The notes beneath the pieces are model-generated. The model made no database searches, was not told the origin of the DNA, and was given only the letters and a program-made list of their open reading frames with translations. Below, piece by piece: positions 54,983-64,000 of a stretch of DNA of 64,000 nt. The stretch's first letter is position 1. Each line of letters starts with the position of its first letter. Origin of the DNA: Eledone cirrhosa (Eukaryota); the NCBI GenBank assembly GCA_964016885.1, contig OZ024759.1, forward strand, positions 10,788,001-10,852,000. Direction: 5' to 3'. Position numbers and translations under genes: made by a program.

Positions 54983-55359
54983 AGTGTAGAGAATATAGGA
55001 AACACAAACATAGAGATAGACATTTCCCTTCTTCAGTTGTCTGCTGTGAGTCTCGGATGTTTCGACGCATTAAAGACAATACATCTATTCACAGTGCGAT
55101 AATAACTTAGAAAGTTATTTAGCTCTCTTGCTGTTAATAATGTCTCTAGGCTTAAACCTAGCTGCCTTTGTTAACTTCGTTCTCTCTCTCCTTGGTTACT
55201 CTACATACATGTTCCACTGTCCCCTTTCCCCCACCCCCTCTCTCTATCGGTATGTCTTTTTTTCTTTTTTTCTCTTCTTTCTTTCTCTTCCATTTTTTTT
55301 TCTCTCTCTTCGCTATCGTCTCCTTTTCATCTTTCCCTAATAACTTTCCAAGTTATTAA

Positions 55360-56860
55360 TCATACTGCCTGGTTGTAGTAAGGCACATGTTTATTGAAGA
55401 TCTGCTCATTTGCAGACAAGCATGATATGCGGAGTGAGATATTTTTTACTAAATTATTGGTAATGTTCCTTGGATGGTTGGAATAGTGGTGGATATAGTG
55501 TAAATTATCGTTAGGTTTCCTGTAGGGGTAGTACAAATTGTTCTCCAGATTGAGTGTTACATCCAGAAAATTAATACAGGTAAGGGGGGACGTCTGTAGG
55601 GGGATTTTGAAACCTAAATCCCGGAAGAATTTGATGAGGTGTTTACAGACCTGGTCCGTGCTACTGGGGTTATACACTGTGAGGGTAACAAGCCCATCAT
55701 CTCTGTACAAACCACTGCTGAATGCAGGAAACTTTTCAATGAGTTTTTGGAGTATGTATAAGTCCTATAATGTCCGTCACCTCAGCCGAGTCAGTCGAAC
55801 CCAAGCTGACGTCAAAAGGAAAGTCTGGAGCTTTTTTTATCCAAGTGGAGTTTTCGAAGAGCAAGGCAATCTTCCTAGCATGGAATATAATTTCAATTCC
55901 TGGTCTGTAATGGGTGTAATAGTTTTGATGTAATAGTTTTGCCGTATAATGCAATCCTGGACCTTTTTACTTATCTTCCCTATATCCAATTTTGTCGGGT
56001 TTATGAGCCTGATGGTTGGTTTGCAGTTGAAGTCGGATTTATGGTCTTTCAGGGTAAAATAAGGAGTCCGATGGTTGATAGGTTCCATTCAATCGGATAT
56101 TCAGAGGCTGGAGGTGATATTTTGTCCCTCCGTGTTTATGTCAGGGATCATGGAAGGGTTGGAAGGGTTGGATTTTTTTAAAGTTAAGGTCAAACTATTC
56201 CCAATTAGTGAATGATAATTGTCTGGGTTGACAGAATATAAATTTCCAGTTTTGTCCAAATGCACAAGGATGTTGTTGGTGTTTCTGTACTCCAATATTT
56301 TACTATGGAGTTGTTGTTGGAATTGATTATTTCTGGGTTTGAATTTTACTCTCTTGACCAGGTTGAAAAGGTTGGTCTCAAATGATGAGAGCAAAGGGTT
56401 CGGTTGGGGAGATTTGTAGGTGTTAAATCCATATGTCTCCTTAAGGTCGAAGTCCTGCGTATCACGGCGTATGTTGTAGAAGAAGGCTCTCCATCTCAAT
56501 CGTTTCACGAAAGTGTCGGTTTTCTGAGTGTGAATCCATAGGTAGAGTTTTCTTGGAGGAACTTGGATGTTCTTCGTCGAAAAGTCGATCGTATGTTTAC
56601 GCATGGTGGGTGCAAAAGTCTATTAAAAAATAGGAGCTTGGTTATTAATGCCGGGATGGAAATGTGGTATGGGTCGAACAGTGCTCCACTACAAAATTAG
56701 GAGTTAAAGAACAAAGAGGTTGTGGTAAAATACCAGGTGGACCATAACTCACCAGAGTACTCACTACTTGGGGTAGTAGAGTGGGTAATATGAAAAGATT
56801 CAGGACCCCGACAGCAGAGCTCTGGCAGTTTCGACAGCTAGATCCGAAATAAGCCACAAG
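55360..56860 (-). mobile_element. Hydra-type Penelope-like element, 5'UTR + RT pseudogene
   Basis: DFSTKNI, KRLRWRAFF, ETYGF, DKTGNLY, TLKDHK..RLINP.K..G.ISK, FDVSLGS.DSAE, LYRDDGL, FLDVTLNL, YRKPND..SNHP; frameshifts, and RT motif A appears deleted. Confidence 0.88.
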
Positions 56861-58129
56861 TATTAGAACGGCGAGAATCTAGCTGAACTTATCAAAGGGT
56901 AGAATCAATATATGGGCATCTAGTCAAAACAAAAAAGCAAAAATCTTTAAAAGGTTGTTGTTTTTCTTGTTTTTCTCCGAGAGTGGTTGCAAATTGGGGG
57001 TGGGGTTTACCTTTGATCAAAGGGCTCATTTAGTCCTGTTAAATATCATGTATATAGTCTACAGCAGCGGGGGGAGGGGTGGGTAGACAGGCTGAAATAC
57101 GAGGGGGGAGGGGTTCGTAGACAAACTGACATAAAAGTGACAAGCTAGTCAGGCGCGTACACACCATTAAGAGAGATTTTTATCCTAAACAACTATTTCT
57201 AATCTGTAGAAATGGTATTATGCTTAACTACAATTCATGAGGGAAAAAAACAAACGAGAGAAAATATAATTTTGGCATATATAAGTCAAAGAGGATAGCA
57301 TAGTGTATTTATGTTTTTGTTAGTTTGCTTTATCTTACACTTTGCTAAAAAGCTAAGCATTTATAATTTATTACTAATTCAGTTCCTCATAGAGAAATTT
57401 AGTTATCAATTACTCTATGGCCCAGGAAGAGCACCTCATACACTAATTTACATATTTTTTTCCTTTAATTTCAAACATCCGTAAATCTAACCTTAGTCTT
57501 AAAGATAGTACTAATCATCTCCTCTCTAATACTGTTGTAAATTAGCTAAGGTTCTGAAGCAAAGCAAATTCCTCGAAAAGCCTGAAAATGTCAATTTAAC
57601 AAGTATGTCAAAGCTATCGCTAAACATTAGCAAGGGGAAATAATATTGAAGATTGGCTAATAGATTTCTTAACAAGTCTGACTCTATAGTCAGTGATGGT
57701 GCTTAAGCATTGGCATAATATAAGTTTATATGCCAGTACACGTTAACTGTGTATACCGTGCCTTCCATAGCAGTGGTCTGGTAATATCTATGAGTAAGTG
57801 TGTGCATCATGCTTAAACTATGAGTAATAGGTTTAGTAAAGTGTCATAGCTATCTGTTTGGCCGGTTCCATAGGGCAATATGTATACTTTAGCAAGAATG
57901 AAAATATTCCGTATTTACCAAAGGAAGATTAGGAACTGTTTACAGTAGTGTAAATATACAAAGACCCATCTAAGGATATTTAGAAAGTGTTAATAACAAA
58001 GAAAAATTCTATTTCTACCTAAGGATGCTTGGGGTTTCCTCTATCTTAGTATGTAAGTGGGAAGGATATTAAAGCCAAGATCTACCCACCTGGGTTGTGA
58101 AGGGGTTTGAAGGTAAGATATGTCCTATA

Positions 58130-58600
58130 TATTTTGTGCTTACACGAGGTAACGAGTTCATCCCTTTTGTTTAACAATTCGTCCTTTGCAAATAGTATCT
58201 GGATCGCTTCCTCCGAGCATAAATTGCACAGACTGTGTCCTCCTGAGTATGATTTTGCCTTGGAAAGTAGGTTCCATGTTAGATGATAGGTAATATTGTT
58301 GTCTTGGGGGTCTCAAATATGGCCAGAAAGTGCTGTAGCATGTTGCCGGGCTAAGTTGCTCACCGCTAATAATGTTGTTGTTTCTGTTAGAGAGGAGTTA
58401 TATATTGTTAGATGAAACAATGTTTTGTGAAAAGTTGGGTGTAGTGCTGTAGGAAAGTTTAACAATATTTCTGTTGATGATATTGTGGTAGTGGTGTTGG
58501 GGTGGGAAGTGTTTGTCAAGAAGCCTGAAGATCTTCCCAATTGGTGTTATGACCTCAACATTGTGGGGAGGATTGAACCATCTTACGTGGTATGAATGGT
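58130..58600 (-). mobile_element. Second Hydra-type endonuclease remnant (mostly missed by the ORF track)
   Basis: WFNPP...LLDKHFP...HATALSGHI*...YHLTWNLLSKAKSY...CNLCSEEAIQIL...LNKRDELVTSCKHK. Confidence 0.78.
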
Positions 58601-58855
58601 GGCATCACCTGCAGGATCTGCTAGAAGGGCCTGGATAATAGAAAAAGTCCTCCCTGCAGCCACTTCTTTTGAGGGCCTGGTTGTGGTAAGGCATGCGTTC
58701 ATTGAAGATCTACTCTTTTGCGGTGAAAATAGTTTTCATATTTATGTTTGTTATTTATTTATGATGAATTGGTGAAAGTTGTTGCAAGGGATACTAAACA
58801 CACCATACACCGAATTGGGCTAAAATTTGTTAGGGTTAGGTTGGGGAAAGTATTA

Positions 58856-59320
<465 letters not shown>

Positions 59321-59414
59321 ATTTAAAGAAAGGATTAACATTTGGTAGAAGATGAAGCAAATACTTTTGAAGATTGTATTCTATGGAATTAAATACACAG
59401 CATTTTGATATATA

Positions 59415-59492
59415 CAGGGTGTCCTCCAAAAATGTATACAATATTCATTATAATGCTGTTGAAGTGTGGATGCATTTTTTTGAAACACCCAG
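59415..59492. mobile_element. Tiny Tc1/mariner-derived MITE
   Basis: TA|cagggtgt...acacccag|TA. Confidence 0.6.
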
Positions 59493-59536
<44 letters not shown>

Positions 59537-59783
59537 TACATCATCATCATCATCATCACTGTTTTACGTCCGTTCTTCCACGCTAGCATGGGTTAGACGG
59601 GTTGTCCTGTTGTGTGCAGTGTCTGGTCGGCTGACCTTGTCTTGCTCATACAGGAACTGATCTGGCTTGATTTCTACAGCTGGATGCCCTTCCTAACACC
59701 AACCTCATTTACAGTGAGTGCTGGGTGCTTTTTCGTGGCGCCTACACGTCCACTTTACAGTGTGGGCTGGGTGCTTTTTTGCC

Positions 59784-59827
<44 letters not shown>

Positions 59828-59961
59828 TATTCCGGGTTGAATCGGAGGTAACCACAGTAAGTAAGGTACTCAATATATTACAGAGTATAAAAGTTTTAAT
59901 ATAGATGAGATTCTACAGGACTAGAACTGTTTCATTCTTTAGAAATCATCAGGAATATGGC

Positions 59962-60010
59962 GATTCCTGATGATTTCTAAAGAATGAAACAGTTCTAGTC
60001 CTGTAGAATC
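59962..60010 (+). ncRNA. Canonical type I hammerhead in a perfect 58-bp inverted repeat (59899-59956/59963-60020); the core is therefore present on both strands
   Basis: gattc CTGATGA t ttct aa agaa t GAAA CAG ttctagtc CTG TA gaatc. Confidence 0.82.
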
Positions 60011-60015
60011 TCATC

Positions 60016-60064
<49 letters not shown>

Positions 60065-60676
60065 CTCCAAGACAATGTCACTGGACTGAGAGCTTTGGCG
60101 GTACTCAGTAATAGAGAAGACCCGCGTTACCTAAATACAAAGTAAAACCTACTACAGTCAGTAGGCATCTCTAACAAAATACACCCCCGTCCCACCACCC
60201 CCACCCGATCCACACCGCCCCTTTCAATGTAAAGTTATGTTGGTGCCACAAAATCCAGGCCGAAACAAAGGAGATCGTGTAGGTGTCACGACAAAAAAAC
60301 ACACAGTCCACGCTGTAATGTGGCCGTGTAGGCAACACGGTAAAAACGTCCCAGTCCCACACTGTAAATGTGGTTGGAGTTAGGAAGGGCATCCAGCTGT
60401 AGAAAACCCGCCAGACAGTCCACGCTGTAATGTGGCCGTGTAGGCAACACGGTAAAAACCTCCCAGCCCCACACTGTAAATGTGGTTGGTGTTAGGAAGG
60501 GCATCCAACTGTAGAAAACCCGCCAGACAGTCCTATGCGAGCAAGACAACCACTCTTGCCTCAAGTGGGAAAACTCCCGTCCAAACCCATGCAAGCATGG
60601 AACACGGACGTTAAACGATGATGATGATGATGATGATGATATATATACACATACACACACATATATATATACATAC

Positions 60677-60731
<55 letters not shown>

Positions 60732-60904
60732 GTTCAAGGAGATAACAAACAGAGGTACAAAAAGTCTTAGTTTCACGCTTTCTATTGGAAAGAGGAATAT
60801 ATATATATATATATATGTACACACATAGAGATATGTATTTATATATATATTATATATTATATGTATATATATGTGTTTGTGTGCACACAAACACATACAT
60901 ATAT

Positions 60905-62251
60905 TTATCATCATTGTCATCATAGTTTTACGTCCATTTTTCCACGCTAGCATGGGTTAGACGAGTTGTCCTGTTGTGGGCAATGCTAGGTCAGGGGACC
61001 ATGTTTTGCTCATACAGAACTGGTTTCGGCTTAGTTTCTACGGCAGGATGGCCTTCCTAATGCCGGCCTCATTTACAGTGTGTACTTTTTGTTGTGACAC
61101 CTACACGACCACTTTACAGTGTGAGTGTGGGTTGGTGGTGGTGGTGGTGGTGTTGGAGTGCTGTATATATATGCTTCAGCTTCGGTCTGTACCGTGGGAA
61201 GTTGGGTCGTCTGTATTACTGCATCTCAGTCCTGTGTCATCGCCTTTGAGAGGTGCAATTGAGCAAGGTCTCATTTACAGTGTGGACTGGATGCTTTATG
61301 TCACGACACCTACACAACCACTTTACAGTGTGGGCTGGGTGCTTTATGTCACGACACCTACACAACCACTTTACAGTGTGGGCTGGGTGCTTTATGTCAC
61401 GACACTTACACAACCACTTTACAGTGTGGACTGGATGCTTTATGTCACAACACCTACACAACCACTTTACAGTGTGGGCTGGGTGCTTTATGTCACGACA
61501 CCTACACAACCACTTTACAGTGTGGGCTGGGTGCTTTATGTCACGACACCTACACAACCACTTTACAGTGTGGGCTGGGTGCTTTATGTCACGACATCTA
61601 CACAACCACTTTACAGTGTGGGCTGGGTGCTTTATGTCACGACACCTACACAACCACTTTACAGTGTGGACTGGGTGCTTTTTACCATTGTTACCATCAT
61701 GACCACTTTACATTGTTTCGGCCTGTCCTCATGAGAGATGTATGGGAGGATGGGATGAGGTGGTGCATGCTGTGTATATGCTTCAGCTTCGGTCTGTACC
61801 GTGGGAAGTTGGGTCTTCTGTATTACTGCATAACCCCAGATATCTCTGTCCCATGTCATCATCTTTGAGAGGTGCAATTGAGCAAGGTCAGCTTTTATCA
61901 ACTCATCCCAAGGCTTCCATCGACTTTGCACACTCAGCACATTTTTATGCAGCTATCATCCTTCATACGCATCACATGTCCATACCAACGTAATCTCCTC
62001 TCCTGCACACAGCATTTGATTCCTCTTATGTCTAGTTTCTCTCTCAGTTCATTTATGCTTTGGCGTTCATATATATTACTATTACACATCCATCAGAGCA
62101 GGCAAGCTTCATTTCTTTCTAATCTACACAAGTCTTCTACACAAAACGTCCAGGTCTCACTACCATGTAACATTGCTGTTCATATACATCATACAGTTTG
62201 CCTTTTATTTTGAGAGAAAAGCCTTTTGTAGCCAGCAGTGGTAGTAGCTCC
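60905..62251 (-). mobile_element. RTE-clade LINE 3' portion, with a 48-bp tandem array (61273-61710) in its 3'UTR
   Basis: KGKLY..AMLHGSETW...LERNE...WMC...ELREKL...ERRLRWYGHVMRM; tail catgctagcgtggaa..ggacgtaaaac. Confidence 0.85.
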
Positions 62252-62496
62252 ATATATATACATTTACACACAATCACACATGGTGTGTATATATATATAT
62301 ATGTATGTATCTATATAAATAAATATATATATCTATACATGTGTGTGTCTTTGTTTATTTTGCTTTAAATAATTGATCCAATGAACTGCATTGTGGGAAA
62401 TTACTCCCAGCTACTTTTTAAAATCCTTTTAAAAATGTAAGATAAATAAAATAAATAAATAAATAAATATATATATATATAATTCCAGTATTGGCA

Positions 62497-62572
<76 letters not shown>

Positions 62573-63539
62573 TATTTAATATGCAACTGAAAAAAGGATT
62601 TAAAAATATTATTTGGTTTTGTTGTTTGCTATTTTTTAATGGTATGAAAATAATTATTTAAAAGGGAAAAAGTAATTTTAAATGATAAAAAAATAAGAAC
62701 CAAGATAGAATATTTTTCTGTTCTATATTTTATTTCAAAATTATAAGGCTAAATCATTTTTGAAAGAATGGAAATTTTTGAGATTGGTTTCTTACAAATT
62801 TCAAAAAGCAAAACAACAACAACAAAGAAATGAAATAGATATTAACATTCTCCAATACTACACCTAATATTCCCCTTCCATACACACGTACACATGTATA
62901 TCATGACTCATACACTATTCAATTCCCTGACATTTGTATATTATTCTATGTACTATACATGCACCTTTGATGAGTTGTAGTGCACCTGAGCACTGTACAC
63001 AATAATTTCATTATTAATATTATTATTTATTGCCCTGTACCACATGAAACCACACTAATAAGACATTCTTGGAAAGTAGAAAACAACACAATCACTAGAG
63101 ACAACATTGTTTTAATTATTGTATTTCCCGGCGCCAAAGACGCTTCGTCATCCAAGACGCACCCTAATTTTAACAACCAAAAATTTGAAAACAAATAATA
63201 AACAACCTTCAGCCTCCAGGACGCATGGTAGATTTTTGAGACTTATTTTAGGAAAATGTGGTAGATATTAACACTTACTGTCCTGTACCACATGAAACCA
63301 CATTAGCTAGATATTGTTGAAAAATACAGAACAATACCAAGACTGTATGACATTAAATATTAAAGTCTTTACTATAATACTGCAGATTGTCACGACAATC
63401 TGTGCACCAGTAAAGATATTATAAACACTGGAATTAACAAACTACATGAAACCACATCAGCAAGACATTCTAGAAAACTACAAAACAACACTATGACTGC
63501 ATCACATTAAATATCAAAATCTTTACTCTAATACTGTAA

Positions 63540-64000
63540 CAACACCAACAACATCAACAACAACACCAACAACACCAACACCAACACCACCAACACCATC
63601 AACACCACCACCAACAACAACACCACCAACACCAACAACACCACCACCACCAACAACACCAACACCACCACCAACAACACCAACAACACCAACAACACCA
63701 ACACCACCACCAGCACCAACACCAACAACACCAACAACAACACCAACAACACCACCAACACCAACACCACCAACAACACCAACACCACCAACACCACCAA
63801 CAACACCAACAACACCAACACCACCACCACCACCAACAACAACACCAACACCACCACCACCACCACCACCAACACCACCACCACCACCCCCAACACCACC
63901 ACCACCACCACCAACATCACCAACACCAACACCACCACCAACACCACCAACAACAACACCAACAACACCAACAACACCAACAACAACAACACCACCACCA
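63540..64000. repeat. (CAA/CAC)n tract running off the window
   Basis: Direct inspection. Confidence 0.95.

Noticed and set aside
58829-58846. Interstitial telomeric repeat
   Set aside because: Fewer than two full TTAGGG units
60062-60100. Shared 5' truncation point with the RTE copy at 15396
   Set aside because: The 15.3-kb copy extends further 5' in frame (GRPRKTW)

Overview
AT-rich, repeat-dense animal genomic DNA. The SINE/LINE repertoire and giant microsatellites point to a cephalopod, probably an octopus (inference). Two convergent protein-coding genes were reconstructed by hand with consistent GT-AG splice phases: RCCD1 on + (6 exons, 373-10459, 378 aa) and a PWWP2A/B-like gene on - (2 exons, 35940-32010, 825 aa, with a 12-aa PPPSP[KR] repeat). 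The rest is transposon debris: two tRNA-derived SINE families, RTE, Vingi, CRE and R4-type LINE fragments, Penelope-like elements (including Hydra-type), piggyBac-like and Tc1/pogo-like MITEs, and a Helitron. Many minisatellite arrays are visibly built from pieces of these transposons. The strongest signal not covered by the ORF track is about ten type I hammerhead ribozyme cores (CTGAnGA...GAAA...NUH) in short non-coding units beside (TA)n tracts. Several sit inside fold-back inverted repeats, and one lies in a ~421-nt partial tandem unit resembling a retrozyme. All structures were read by eye; no folding, alignment or database search was run. Most long ORFs in the track are translations of simple repeats.
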